DNA of 64,000 nucleotides from Octopus sinensis. Taxonomy: Eukaryota. The notes under the pieces were generated by a model. That model saw only the letters and a program-made list of their open reading frames with translations, was not told where the DNA came from and did no database searches. Within the stretch, counting starts at the first letter, position 1. Every line of letters starts with the position of its first letter. Of the stretch, positions 25,116 to 39,295 are shown one piece after another. Made by a program: the position numbers and the translations under genes. Where the stretch lies: positions 99,386,001-99,450,000 of the forward strand of contig NC_043003.1 of NCBI RefSeq assembly GCF_006345805.1. Direction: 5' to 3'.

Positions 25116-28100
25116 TATGTTTGACTTTTGCTTTACATTTGCACAAGCTGGCTCCAAGTCTCACCCAGAAACCTCAAGAGACAACAAGTTGGAAGTTCAT
25201 GTTGGTATAGGGTGCCATATATTTGGCACCCTATATTTGGTTTTGTACTTAGTGTTGTACTAGTGAATGCCTAAAAAACTATACGAAAATTATGTTTGTT
25301 TTAAAACTTGAGATTACATAGAAAATATTTTGCGTAGGATATGAGCAGTTCCCATGAGCACTATCTTTTGAATTCCTGCCATTTTGGGGGTTCCTGGTAT
25401 CTGAGTTAGATAGCAATCAGCCCCTTTTGCTATCATTCCCAGGGCACCTATGACAACAGGTATTGTTTTAGTCTTTAGGTTCCACATTTTGCTGATTTAT
25501 ATTTCCAGATCTTTATATTTGCTCAGTTTCTGGTAGGTCTTGACAGATACGTTTATATCGATTGGGACAGCCATATCAATGAGGAGGCATGTTTTTTGTC
25601 TGAAGTCTTTTATTATGATGTCTGGCCTATTCGCGTCTATCTTTCTGTCAGTTTGCATGGTGAAGTTCCAGAGGAGTGAGATGTGGTCATTTTCAAGCAC
25701 TGGTTTTTTATCATGGGGCAAGTCCAGGCTTTTGCAAATTACCCAGTAGATATATTGTGCAGCTCTATCATGCCTGTTGAGATACTCTGTAGGTGCAAGA
25801 AGACTGCACTTGGAGACAACATGATCAATGGTTTCATTTTGTTGTTGACATACACATGTTGGGCTACTGCCGTTCTTTAATATGTTGGCCTGGTAGTTCC
25901 TTGTAGGTAGGCATTGATCTTGAGCTGCTATCATAAACCCTTCTGTTTCAGATTTTAAACCAGAGGCCATAAGCCATTGATGGGTCAGGGCTTTGTCAAC
26001 ATCTGCATTATTCACTCTCTTTGGGTATTTGCCATTGAGAGGTTTTTCTTGCCATTTGTTATTCAGAATATCTAAGGCAGCAGTTTTAGCACGGGTTTTC
26101 ATGCGCTTAGCTTTTTCTGTGCTTGTTTCTTGTGTGTCTAATTCCGAAATTTGTTGTATTCAGAATTCACTTTGATATTCCTTTGCCTGTTTTGTTACTG
26201 AGTATGATGCTTTCTTGTTTTCATGTTTTGAGACAAGTTTTAACATCCAGTCCTCAGAGTTTTTCAGGTAGGTGTCTAAGCCAATTGTAGCAATCTTCAT
26301 TGTTATTGCCAGTTGTAAAAGTCCTCGGCCTCCCTCTTTTCTTGGCAGATAAAATCGTTCTATATCTGCCTTAGGGTGGTGCATTCTATGCATTGACAAC
26401 AGTTTTCGTATTTTTCTGTCAAGATTACATATTTCAGTACTTGACCAATTAACGATATTGAAACTGTAAGTCACGACTGGTATGGCTAAAGCATTGATCG
26501 CTTCGATCCTGTTTCTCGCATTCAGCTCTGTCTTGAGTATTGCTCTTACTCTGCGATAACATTCTCTTCTGATCCTTTCCTTCATCACTGAATGCCTTAT
26601 TCTGTCCCCTTCAATTACCCCTAGGTACTTGTAGCTCTCCGCTGGGTCTAACTCTTTTATGACATTCTGCTTGTCAAGGTTAACGTTAGATGTTTCTGTC
26701 ATTTTTCCTTTGATAAAGGTAGCTTTTGCACATTTATCGAGGCCAAATTGCATTCTGATGTCATCACTGAATTGTTTAACAATCGCTAGTAAGCCCTTGA
26801 GTTGTTGGTCATTTTTTGCAAAGAGCTTTAAATTATCCATGTAAATGAGATGATTTATATTTTTATCAAACATTTTATATCCGTACTGTGCGTCATTGAG
26901 CAATTTTGAGAGAGGCATTAAGGCTAAACAAAAGAGGAGTGATGATAGTGAGTCGCCTTGGAAAATGCCACATGAAATTTTTACATCACCAGCATTTAGA
27001 GATTCATCGTCACTGTTCAAAGTTAGTGTGGTTCTCCATGATCTCATACTTACAGACAAAAAGTTTTGCAGAGTAGGCGCTATTTTATACATTTGCAGGC
27101 ATTTCTTAATCCAGCTATGTGGTAGGCTATCGACAGCTTTTTTATAGTCTATCCAGGCTATTGATAAGTTTTTGTGTCGTTTGTGACAATCTTCTAAGAT
27201 CATCTTATTGATGAGTAGCTGATCTTTAAAACCATAGGATCTATGTTTACATCCTTTCTGTTCATTAGGGAATATGTTGCTGTCTGTTAAAAAACTATAG
27301 GTATATTCTGTCAGGACAGATGTTAGCATTTTATACATAGTTGTTAAGCAGGTTATGGGTCTATAGTTTTTTGGTTCATTTGTTTCTTCACTTTTTAGGA
27401 GCAAGAATGTTAACCTTTAACTATCCAAGCAGGCATCCTACTAGGGTGTTGCAAAACATCATTGTAAAGTTCTGTTAGCAGTTCATGGCTCTCTGGGAAG
27501 GCATTCAACCAGAAGTTAGGAATTTTATCCTTTCCTGGAGACTTCAGATCTTACATCTTCTACCTTGACATCCTCCCACTTTTGCTCCTCTAAGGAGTAC
27601 AAGTCCGTAAGGAGCCTTTTCGTTGTGTGTTTTTTCTTCTGCCCAAATTTTATTCCAAAGACCGTGCACTTCTTCTTTTGGTGGTACAGACTTTACAGTA
27701 ACTGGTGTTTTCCCTATCTTCCTGTAAAAACTTTTGGGGTTATTTTAGAACATGTTGTTGTCCTTGAAGAATCTAACACGCTTTTCATACCTCGCTATGC
27801 GGGCAGCTTTAGCAGATACCTTTTGCTTGATGATTTTTATGGTGGCATCAATATCAAGTATGGTTTTCATATATTTTTCTCTTTAATTTTGGGGTTTTTG
27901 TAGGTTTGGTAGTCTTGTCAACCTTAAGGTTTCTCAAACATTCAATGTCAGACCTAAGTAGTTTAATTTGATGCTGGATACGCTCTTGCCAAGAAGGCTT
28001 TTTGTGGGAATGTTGCCGTTTTCTAATCTTTTCACCACATAGAATCGTTGAGATTTTCGCGTATGTGATATTAACATCCTTAGCTGAAATTATATCCTTA

Positions 28101-29897
28101 AGTGCAAGGCGGATTTTATCTATTATTTTCATGTTTTGGTTAGAGTTGCGGATTCTAGGGAGTGTATCGCGTTCATCCATACTGGTTTCTTTAATTTTCA
28201 GCCATTCAATCATGATTTGATTCTTTAGTTCATGTAGTTCAGTTGGGTCAATATTTGTGTGACTTTCTTCATTTGTTTGATGTTCATCTGTCTTAGTGTT
28301 TATGATTGGTTCAGGGAGTATTTCACTTTGCCTATCAGTTATATTAACTCTTTCTATCCTTACTGCGTTTTTATCAGCCCTGGGCTGGTCTATAATTATT
28401 TCCTCTGTATTATCTTCTTTAGCTGCGGCTTCGTTGTTTTTATCCGTTATTGCTTGTTTAATTTGGTCAATCTCTACTTCAGTCAATAATTTTTTTTTAT
28501 AATGTTTCTTCTGAAGTTGGCAAGTTTGTTACTGTCTATGTAGGGTCTTACTTCAGGGTGTTTCTGTCTCCAGTTTATGTAGGTTTGTACAGTGTTAGAT
28601 TTATCTGTGGGAAAATATATGGCATGGTAGAAGGCCGTAAGAACTTCCTTATTATCTTCCCTAGACCATTTTTCATTCTTTTTCTTTTGGTTATTTGATG
28701 ACGGGCATGGATGGTCATCTTTTGGAATATTCCGGTTGTGGAGTACGTCCAGCTCCTGTGTGTCGGTAAGATTTGAACCAGTGGCTGATTTTTCAGTCAG
28801 AATTTGGTTCAATGTTCGGATTTGTGGTCTTTTGTAAACCGATCGATGACCATTGCGGTTTGTAATTTGTTTTGTTGACATTGAGGTATGACGAGCTTCG
28901 GCTCTTACATTAGGAATCGGATCTGTCAGTTTAGGGTTAAGTTTTTGCGACGATACCACCTCTGAATGTAAACATCGCTCGTAGCGTAATTTCTTAAGTC
29001 TAGCAGATCTGTATTCGTCTGTATTTTTTTTGTTCATAGATTTACCTTCGGATATAGTTTTTTTTGTGGTGTTTTTTAAACTTATAAAGGGTTCACTCTG
29101 TCTGTGTTAGTTCGAAAAAATGATAGTAAAATAAGAAGAAAACAAAAAGATCTGTCGGTTAAGGGTTAAGTTCTTGCGACGACACCACCTCTGAATGTAA
29201 ACATCGCCCGTAGCGTAATTTCTGAAGGCTAGCAGATCTGTATTCGTCTGTATTTTTTTTTATTTATAATTTTGTTGTTGGTAGATTTACCTCTGGACAT
29301 CGTTTATTGTTTTTGTGGTGCTTTTTACCCTTATGAAAGGTTCACTCTGTCTGTGGTAGTTCTAAAATATGAGAATAAAATAAGAAGAAAAACAAAGAAA
29401 GTTTTGATTTTGTTTTTGCTTAGTTTTTGACACGTGTTTTCATGTGCGTGAGTGTGTGTCCTGTAAATTTCATGTAGTTGTGTAAACATTGGGATGTATG
29501 TGTAGTCCTATGGGTATCAAAATGTATATATGATTGTGTAGACATTCGAGTGTATGCGTAATTACTCAATTTATGTACTCACTATTTTTTTTTATTTTGG
29601 TCCGTTTCTATTTTATTCTATGTAAACTTCCCGGTGTTGATATCGCGCGTCTGTTTCGCACATGTTTCATTGAGACACCGTGCGTAGGAGAAACTGTACT
29701 TTGTATGGGAGTGAAATTTCGTTTTTTTTTCTTAGTGTTTTCGTTAAAAGGTCGCTTCCTTCAAGTTTTCCTCAGATTACTTTATCTAATTCCGTCGATG
29801 TTATTGGATTAGATTTGTTTTTGAATGGAGAGCCCGGTTTAGTACATCCATGTTGTTATTCAGTGCGGGCTACCTCTTGTTATTCAGTGGGGGATAC
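25113..29897 (-). mobile_element. Near full-length R4/Dong-clade LINE (RT + CCHC + RLE), disrupted
   Basis: NYRPITCL, AWIDYKKAVDS, GIFQGDSLSSLLF, HLIYMDNLK, YKYLG, ETIDHVVSKC, RHD, NRPDIII, LIDMAVP, KLSKYKDL; (TAA)n on both flanks. Confidence 0.92.
28920..29400. repeat. ~230-bp diverged tandem duplication in the 5' region of the Dong-like LINE
   Basis: atctgtcRgtt..gggttaagtt..tgcgacga..ccacctctgaatgtaaacatcgc at ~28921 and ~29150. Confidence 0.85.
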
Positions 29898-29912
29898 CTA
29901 TTATTATTATTA

Positions 29913-29969
<57 letters not shown>

Positions 29970-29994
29970 GCCCTGATTGCAAAGAAAAGAAATC

Positions 29995-30183
29995 ATTATC
30001 GTTAGCACGCTGGACGAAATGCTTAGCAGTATTTCGCCCCTCGCTCCATTTTGAGTTCAAATTCCGCCGAGGTCGACTTTGCCTTTCGTCCTTTCGGGGT
30101 CGATGAAATAGTTACACACTGGGGTCGACATAATCGCCTAGCTCCCTTCCCCCAAAATTTTCAAGGCCTTGTGCCTAGAGTAC

Positions 30184-30246
<63 letters not shown>

Positions 30247-30717
30247 GAGAAAGCAACCATACTTTGGGATATGCCAATTCTCGCAGATAGAGAAATTAAG
30301 GCCAATACGCCAGATATAGTTGTCAGAGATCAAGAAGAAAAAAATGCTTTCTAATTGATGTATCAATACCAGCAGATGACAACGTGTCTCTAAAAGAAAT
30401 GAAAAACTTTCAAAATACAAAGACCTGGAAATAGAGGTAACTCGAATGTGGAATCTAAAAACAGAAACAATTCCTATCATAGTAGGCGCATTAGGCATGA
30501 TAAAAATATTTAGACAAATACATAACAAAAACACCAGGACTTACAAATATATATAACATACCGAAAATTGTACTACTGGGCACTGCACACATCCTACGCA
30601 AAACACTTTCAATACAGTAACCGTAAGAGCATCACAACAAACTACAGCACACAGAGCTGCGATCGGTAGTGAAGTGAAAGCACGCTATAAAAATAAAACT
30701 ACTGAACAACAACAACA

Positions 30718-30795
<78 letters not shown>

Positions 30796-31121
30796 GCCCT
30801 GGTGGCAAGTAAAAGAAATTATTATCGTTAGCATGCTACGCTCTGAGTTCAAATTCCGCCGAAGTCGACTTTGTCTTTCATCCTTCCGGAGGTCGATTAA
30901 TTAAGTACCTATTTATTACCCACAAGGGGCTAAACACAGAGGGAACAAACAAGGACAGACATAGGTATTAAGTCGATTACATCGACCCCAGTGCGTAACT
31001 GTTACTTAATTTATCGACCCCGAAAGGATGAAAGGCAAAGTCGACCTCGGAGCACTGGAGTCGATGTAATCGACTAATCCCATCCCCACAAATTTGAGGC
31101 CTTGTTCCTCCACTAGAAGGG

Positions 31122-31211
<90 letters not shown>

Positions 31212-31395
31212 TAAGGTGGCGAGCTGGTAGACTCATTAGCTTGCCGGGCAAAATGCTTAGCGGCATTTTGTGCATCTTTACGTTCTGAGTTCAAATTCTG
31301 CCGAGGTTGACTTTGCCTTTCATTCTTTCTTGGTCGATGAAATTAGGTACCAGTTATAATCGACTCATCCCCTCCCTCAAAATTGCTGCCTTTGA
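29995..31395. mobile_element. Cluster of SINEs with a Meta/Sauria-like central domain (29995-30180 +, 30826-30910 +, 30912-31050 -, 31215-31395 +)
   Basis: gagttcaaattccgccgaggtcgactttgcctttcRtcctttcggggtcgat motif repeated; domain name from recall. Confidence 0.8.
30244..30705 (+). mobile_element. R4/Dong-type LINE 3' end (same family as 52600-53340)
   Basis: KATILWDMPI...SKYKDLEIEVTRMWNLKTETIPIIVGALG; inside (TAA)n. Confidence 0.9.
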
Positions 31396-31502
31396 ATATA
31401 TGTATATGTTTGATCTTTCTGTGGATTTTGTAATGTTCCTTTAGTTGCTGCTCACATTGCCTCCCCTCGGATTAATAAGTATATATACATATATACATAT
31501 AT

Positions 31503-31645
31503 ACGACGGGCTTCTTTCAGTTTCCGTCTACGAAATCCACTCACAAGTCTTTGGTCAGCCCGAGGCTATAGTAGAAGACATATGCCCAAGGTGCCACGCA
31601 GTGGGACTGAATCCTGAACCGTATGGTTCATAAGCAAGCTACTTA
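31503..31645 (-). mobile_element. tRNA-derived SINE head (family of 44896-45330)
   Basis: rc of ggttcagtcccactgcgtggcaccttgggc...aagaagcccgtcg. Confidence 0.85.
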
Positions 31646-31745
31646 CCTAACTATATACATATATACACAGCCACCCTAACTATATACATATATATTATAC
31701 ATATTTACGTGTACACACGTACACACATAAACACTCACATGTAAA

Positions 31746-32771
31746 CAGGGTGTTGCAGAGAATTGAGACCAATTTCAAGCAGTTGACTTAATGGGTTTAA
31801 CAATTCATTTTTTGACAACCTTGAAAACCTAATCCTCCTCTAGTTTACAGGTAAATAGCGAACTGATTCGATAACAGAAAGTCATGGAACAACAGAATCG
31901 TCCCAATCTGGTTGTTTTGGCTCATGCCAGGCACACTGCCAATAAAATTGTTTGTTAAGTTAATGAAACTTCCAAAAGCAACAGTTTATCGTTGTGTATA
32001 AACAATTTAAAGAAGAGGGAAATATTGATAGAAAAGAACACAAGACTTGAAGTGATTCCAAGCGCAATCCAAAGTTTCTCGCTGGCCTCAAACCCATCCT
32101 CATCCATGACAACTCTTACAAAGAAACGCAATGTCTCCCTCTCCACGGTGTCCAGAGCTGTGAACAACAACCTTGACATAACTAGCTATGTTCGACGACG
32201 CCATCACCTCCTGACAGCTGAGAGATGCCCAAAGTTCCTGTCAAGCATCAAGGTGCAGGGAAAACTCTCGTGTTTGTGGACGAGAAGTTCACTGTGGACA
32301 CTGAGATGAATTGCAGAAATTCTCGAATGATTGCATACAATCCTTCTGACATCCCCCTATATTAGAGACTAAGAATCCTGCCTCTTTGATGGCATTTGGA
32401 GCCTTGGCGAGTGATTGAAGTGTCATGGATTCACACTTCATTGAGTTTGGCTTGAAGATCGGCTCAAAGGAGTATCTGGACATCTTAAAGAACTTTCTGT
32501 TGCCTTTGGATGGAGCAGAAGTTTGGGTTTGACAGTGTGGTGCTTACTCAGTAAGCACACAGGCCTTCCTTGGTGAGAAGGTGCCATTTTTTGTGAGGGC
32601 CAACATCTGACCAGATCTCAACCTTCTCAATTACTTTTATGGGAGTACTTCGAACAATGTTTTTGCAATAGATGTTAAATTAAAATTATATCTGTCTACT
32701 AATATTATTTTAGTATTTATAACCAGTTTTATGCATCGTAAAAAATGTCTCAGTTTATCTGCAAGACCCTG
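31746..32771 (+). mobile_element. Decayed Tc1/mariner-superfamily (maT/DD37D-like) transposon
   Basis: TIRs CAGGGTGTTGCAGAGAATTGAGAC / GTCTCAGTTTATCTGCAAGACCCTG|TA; VFVDEKFTVD, KNPASLMAFGA, GLKIGSKEYLDIL, PDLNLLNYF. Confidence 0.8.
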
Positions 32772-32888
32772 TATAATACATATGTCATGTAGAACAATAT
32801 TACATTTAAAAAATTCCTTCGGCTTGATAAAATATTTGATTCATTAATTAGAAATTTTATAAAGTGAGACATTTTATTAAAGTTGGAA

Positions 32889-33902
32889 ATACAGTTTGGA
32901 TGAAATGCTTGTGTGTGATTTTTGCCGTTTCTTCATAAAACGTCAGTAGTTTATGAATCGAGAGAAATGAGTGAAGGTTCTTAAGGTTTCCATGCAAAAT
33001 ATTAACTGTTTATATCTATGTGTGTGCGCGCAAAATCACAGAGTGTACCTAACGGAAAATACTTAAATATGAGATTGTTACTCGTATTTCATTGAAGATT
33101 ATGGTCCTATTATACTATAAATATAGTTTAGATTCAAAGATCTTTTGTATCAGGAAGTAGATTTATTAATTATAGTATTCCCTTAATATGCTTTCACAAA
33201 ATGTGTGTATGCGTGTATGTGAAAGGCACACTCACAAATGCATACAGAGTCATTTGACTGTATAGTCATGGCTGAGTAGGTATACATTCATACATACATA
33301 TATACACATACACACAAACTCACACACGCATGTATACACACACTCACACACAGACACACACACACACACATATATATATACATATATACACACACAAACA
33401 CATAAGCACACATATATTTATTTACTCATATATATATATATATATATATGAGTTTGTGTGTATGTGTGTGAGTTTGTGTGTATGTGTATATATGTATGTA
33501 TGAATGTATACCTACTCAGCCATGACTATACAGTCAAATGACTCTGTATGCATTTGTGAGTGTGCCTTTCACATACACGCATACACACATTTTGTGAAAG
33601 CATATTAAGGGAATACTATAATTAATAAATCTACTTCCTGATACAAAAGATCTTTGAATCTAAACTATATTTATAGTATAATAGGACCATAATCTTCAAT
33701 GAAATACGAGTAACAATCTCATATTTAAGTATTTTCCGTTAGGTACACTCTGTGATTTTGCGCGCACACACATAGATATAAACAGTTAATATTTTGCATG
33801 GAAACCTTAAGAACCTTCACTCATTTCTCTCGATTCATAAACTACTGACGTTTTATGAAGAAACGGCAAAAATCACACACAAGCATTTCATCCAAACTGT
33901 AT
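32889..33902. repeat. ~440-bp apparently perfect inverted repeat (foldback) with microsatellite spacer
   Basis: 32889-33326 is the reverse complement of 33464-33902; no mismatch seen by eye. Confidence 0.95.
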
Positions 33903-33905
33903 GTT

Positions 33906-33952
<47 letters not shown>

Positions 33953-33996
33953 AACATACATACATATAGTCAACTAAATGTATACTTGTGAGTGTT

Positions 33997-34029
<33 letters not shown>

Positions 34030-34324
34030 TTGTGTTCGTGTTTACTTGTGTGATGTATGTATATAGACATGTATACATACAAACATGCGTATGCATATAT
34101 ATATATTACGCATTCATCTATACACATACGTACACAACCACAATCGTACGTGTGCATGCACACTCATATGCCTGTACATCTCTGTCTCTGTCTCGCCCAT
34201 CCATCTTTCAAAAAAAAGATGGGTGAATGTAGCAAGGATGGCACATATGAATGACGAAACCACCTTGAGCATAATCATTTAAAACAGAGGGTTACTTACT
34301 TGCAAACAAATGTGTTAACATGCG

Positions 34325-34572
34325 ACATTATTGACTGAGGTTACCGTGATCTTTTCCGTAGGCTTTTCTTTCCACGGATAAACCTTATCTTCTTCCCCCT
34401 TTACACTTTACATCATGACATTTTTGTGATACACGATCCCTATTGATCGTTTTTCTCCCTTTTACGATCCCCTTTGATCGAAAACCTACCCCACATTTTT
34501 CTCTCCCCAAAAAGAAAAGGTCTACTTTGTAATCTGTCCCGTCTGTGTGCAACCGTGTGTGGCTAATAAAGA

Positions 34573-34575
<3 letters not shown>
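34325..34575 (+). mobile_element. Tx1/L1-like LINE 3' terminal fragment
   Basis: Pyrimidine-rich UTR ending ctttgtaatctgtcccgtctgtgtgcaaccgtgtgtggctAATAAAgaaa into (TA)n. Confidence 0.55.
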
Positions 34576-34634
<59 letters not shown>

Positions 34635-35053
34635 ACTTTTTTATCGTGTGATATATTAAATCTATAGATTTTATACATGAATATTAATATAACGAGTTAT
34701 ATAATGGATTTGAGTGTATTTGTACTATTTCAAATCTTTGATTGTATTATTCATGAATGGAATCGATTGAGTTGATTAATTAGACGCTTATCATTTTAAA
34801 ATCTAGATAGATTAACAAAATCGTTGAACTTAGTAATTTAGTTTGCTTATCAATATTAGTTAGTTCTTGCTATTATTTTGACTTTGATCGTTTTTATTAT
34901 TGTTATTGTTATTGACTGGTTTGGTAGAGGACTGGTGATTGTGATTGTACATCTTCATAGAGTATTGTTCTGTGGTTCTAATATTTTAGTACCTTTCTTT
35001 AATTTAGGGTTGATAGGTTTCTTACTTTCCATTAACATATTATTCTCGCTATT

Positions 35054-35108
<55 letters not shown>

Positions 35109-35464
35109 TATATATATATAATATATATATTATATATATATATATTATAATATATTATATTATTTATTGATATATAGGTGAATTATGTATTTGTAATACT
35201 AAATTGAAGTTAATTAGGTATTATATTATTTGATATTTAGTCAATTTTGTTATAGATTGTTATATTAAATCTATAGATACTACACATGTATATTTATTAT
35301 ATGATTAGCTTATTTAAGGAGTTTGTCTATATTTGAAACATTTCTTATTTTGATTACAATTTAATGACTCGTAATAGCTTTGTGTATTTTATTTTATTTT
35401 ATTTTAAAGTATTTAATTATTGAAGTATTATTTTATTTTTCACTTATGTATATTTAGAATTTTC

Positions 35465-35510
<46 letters not shown>

Positions 35511-35555
35511 GTATATTATTAATTAATAATTTTATTGTTCTATTTTATTTTTAAC

Positions 35556-35636
35556 ATGATGAACGACTATATTTATATGCAAGTGATTTCCCTACTACTA
35601 TAATCATTTCTTAAATATAGCAGCGAAACACGTGTC
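35556..35636 (+). ncRNA. Decayed hammerhead motif with long stem II
   Basis: aTGATGA-acg-actatattta...taaatatag-cagc-GAAA-cacgt-GTC; stem I not intact. Confidence 0.5.
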
Positions 35637-35810
35637 CTTTTTCTACCTATTATATACATTATATTATTTTTGTAATTTACTTAATCTTTACTTTTTAATT
35701 GTTATTTTAATTTTAACTTTTCTATTATATGTAATTTTCTAGATGGTGTAATTTAATTATTCATTTTGAATTGATAAAAGGTGTTTTTTTTCTAATATTT
35801 TATATATATA

Positions 35811-36193
35811 CTAGCAGTATCGCCCGGCGTTGCTCGGGTTGTAAGGGAAGTAACTATATAAGCATTTTTAGAGAGTTATAGCCAAATAATGCATTAAAAA
35901 TTGAAAAAAAATTAAGGTAAATATTTTTTAAATCGTTGACACATCGTAGATATTTTTAGAGAGTTACTTCCCTTATATAAAAGCGAAAAAAATGCATTCA
36001 AATGGAAAAATATGATGGTAAATTTTTTTTAAATCGTAGACTCATCGTAGACGCACGCTAATACCCAGAAGGGCTTGATATGAATCACGACTATAAGATA
36101 CCCGCTTTTGGTTAAACTGCACCGCAAAATGTGGGAGTAGTTAGGAATCTAAATCGTAGGAGACAGACACACAACTTCACTCTTATATAAAGA
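35811..36193 (-). mobile_element. Complete non-autonomous Helitron (383 bp)
   Basis: rc A|TCTTTATATAAG...CCCGAGCAACGCCGGG-cgatactg-CTAG|T: 5' TC, 3' hairpin, CTAG, A^T insertion. Confidence 0.9.
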
Positions 36194-36834
36194 TGCTTTT
36201 TTTTTTCAGTCATAGAGTTAGATTTATGAAGGTCTTCAGTAGAAAATCCTTCGAATTCTGACTCGCTGCTTGATATAATGAAATTCGTATCCATTTTTTG
36301 TCAGAATTAAAAATTTTGAAAACACAATAGGAAAAAATTTCGGAAAAAAATCTCCCATAATTCACGGAATTAAAATTACACTTCGATTCTTGTACAAAAC
36401 TGTAGTTGAAGTGTTTACGAAGTATAATACGTGTTTTCACGAATGTACTAAAGAGATTTGCTCTGATATTCTCATTTAAATATGAATAGGTAAATTCGGG
36501 CGGCTTGGTAACTATATATAAGTGTCGTCTGTTTATACATAAACACTGTTTCATACTGCAATTATATATACATATATCTATATATAATATATATAATAAA
36601 ATATATACAGAGTAAAATAAAAACTAATTTACCTTTTCTGTCCTCCGTGTGTCTTTGCAAATGTGTTGGAATGATAAGTGAGTTGTGTTTTTGCGCCTTT
36701 TTTACTAATAACAAACACACACGTGTTTGTATGTAGTTGTATGTGTATGTAGTTGTATGTAGTTGTATATGTATGTGTATGCGTGTGTGTGAGGAATGAC
36801 ACACACACACTCACGCACGCACACATGTACATCA

Positions 36835-37355
36835 ATGCTTTCGGAGTGATATGTTAAAATATTGAGTTTTCTCGAATTTTGTCTTAATTGGGGGTGAAAT
36901 TGAAAGAAATATATTATGGCATGAGCGAATGGAGTACTTTGAAAAATCTTAGGTAATTCTAATTGAAGAAGTTGTGTGAGGATTAAATGGTTATGTATTT
37001 ATTTGTTTCTGTTTGCTGTGTTTTTTTATTTTTTGAGTAGTGGTTTAAACACTTTCAGTTTAGTCTTCCTCAAATCAATCACTCTGTCGCTATTTACTTT
37101 CATTTTATTCGTTGCCCACTGTGTGTGTGCGTTTGCGTGTGGTGTAAACCAGACTAAGAAAAGCATTTGACACACACACCAGAATGTGAGTTTTCTGTAA
37201 ATTTTGCTTAATTGGAGTTTAAATTTTAAAAACTGGACCTGGCATGACGCGATGCATTGTACTCTTAAAAATGCTAGGTAAATTGTAATTGAAGAAATCC
37301 TATATTGTAGATTTGTATAACTCCCAAAGGGAGGCAGATAAAATCTGCCTTTTAT
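36835..37355 (-). mobile_element. Probable PLE N-terminal/5' fragment
   Basis: Decayed K/N-rich frame ending near SFNFTPN, like the GFKFTPTP motif of the PLE at ~61710. Confidence 0.35.
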
Positions 37356-37361
37356 AATAAG

Positions 37362-37389
<28 letters not shown>

Positions 37390-37395
<6 letters not shown>

Positions 37396-39200
37396 TTGCT
37401 GAAATATATTAAAAGCTTCATTAGGGATGATTTACACATGCTAGAACACATACCAAAAACAATTAATGAAGAGGCAATATTGGTTACCCTCGATGTTATC
37501 ACTCTTTACATTAAAATACCCCATGACTATGGAATAAAAGCAATTAAATTCTGGTTGGAAAAGTACCCCGAAGTCCTCCCGGAACGCATTAACCAGATCT
37601 TTATTATTGAATCCTTAATACTTATACTTTATACTTATACCTTTATACTTCAGAATAATTATTTCCTATTTGATGACACATACTATCGTCAGAAATGCGG
37701 AATTGCACTGAGGACGAAAGCAGCTCCTGTTCTTGCGAACCTAATAATCGGTTATTTTGAATTCACCTTATATGAAGTATCACTTCAGAAATATGGTTAC
37801 CCATTTTACCTCTACATAAGAGAAAATTGGAAGCGATACCTGGATGACTGCTTTATTATCTGGAAGGAGAACATCGACAAACTTTTGGATTTCAAAACAA
37901 CACTAAATGACATAAATAGTAACAGTCAATTCACAATGGAATATAACAAAGAACAACTTCCATTTTTAGACATCATGATAAAAAAAGTTAACAATGAAAT
38001 CATAACTGACATTTATCATAAACCAACTGATTCAAAACAATATCTTCTTTTTAACTCATGCCACCCGAAACACATAAAAATAAACATCCCTTTCAACTTA
38101 ACAAAAAGGATCTGCACAATAGTGTCTGATAGATCAACTCGGGACCTTCGTTTTCAAGGCCCCCAAACAACACTTATTGAAAGACAATATCCACCCTCTC
38201 TTATCGACGAGGGAATTAAACGTGCCAAACAATTAGACACAAAAACACTAAGAACAAAAAACATAGCACCACACCTCAAACCAAAACATTACTATCAAAC
38301 TCTTCCTTTACTAACTAGAGATCCAAAAATGAGAGACATCCTGAATACACACAAAATCAACAAATGCAAAAAACAAGACAAATCGCTAAAGAGACTACTA
38401 ACAAATGCGAAGCTTTACAAAACAACCACGAAACCAACGGTTGAAAAATGTGGACGCCCAAACTGTGGAACCTGCCCCAACCTGCTTGAAGGCTCGGATT
38501 TCCTTTTCAGACAAGGACAGAGGTTCACAATTAAAACTAGTTTCACCTGTGCCTCTGAGAACCTAATTTATGTAATAACCTGCTCGGGTTGCGGACACCA
38601 CTATATTGGACAAACGAGTATGACCTTGAGAAAGAGAACCACTCTACATAAGGAGCAAATCCATTTCCCGCAATACAGACAAATTCCTCTCAGTGAACAT
38701 ATAGAAAAATGTGCAGGTAACATCAAACCAAATTTCACAGTCTTCCCTTTCTACCAGTGCAAAGACGCAATCTCTCAACTAGAACGTTTAAATAAACTTT
38801 TTCATTGAAAAATACAAAACACGTCTTAATATGCACGCCTAACCAACTTTTATTTTTTACATATTTCAATTCACGATTACATCACTGTACATAAATCCCC
38901 TACTAAACAAGGGTTTTGAAACTTGTCTCTGCCTGTACACATATATAATCCCCACCCATTACCGAAAGCTGAACAGTTATCTCCCTTACCCACAACAATA
39001 ACAATAACAACAACCAATTACCTCCCTTTATCTATCTACTGGTGAAGTCATTCACTCGTGAATTTCCTCACACACAACATGGAACAGATTTCTTCTTAAG
39101 AAGAAATATATATTCAAATAAGTAAAACATAATATCATGAATAGCAATAGCGAAACCGGTCGATATAGTAAAAATTATATTAAAACTATGTAAGTGTGCG
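37390..39200 (+). mobile_element. 5'-truncated Penelope-like element (Neptune-like)
   Basis: 470-aa ORF: LVTLDVITLY, QKCGIALRTKAAP, WKRYLDDCF, LPFLDI, CGRPNCGTC linker, LIYVITCSGCGHHYIGQT (GIY-YIG). Confidence 0.93.
39032..39168 (+). ncRNA. Hammerhead-like motif with ~105-nt stem II region at PLE 3' end
   Basis: ctatcta-CTGGTGA-ag.cattca...tgaatagcaatagc-GAAA-ccg-GTC-gatatag; palindromic ACCGGT. Confidence 0.5.
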
Positions 39201-39215
39201 TATTTTCCTTTTTTA

Positions 39216-39257
<42 letters not shown>

Positions 39258-39295
39258 GCATCAAATGAAATAAAAAACAGAGCACAAAGTATGTC

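Noticed and set aside
34293-34310. Strong minus-strand donor GTAAGT as a candidate upstream dispanin exon
   Set aside because: Upstream sequence is an antisense LINE tail with no CD225-like frame
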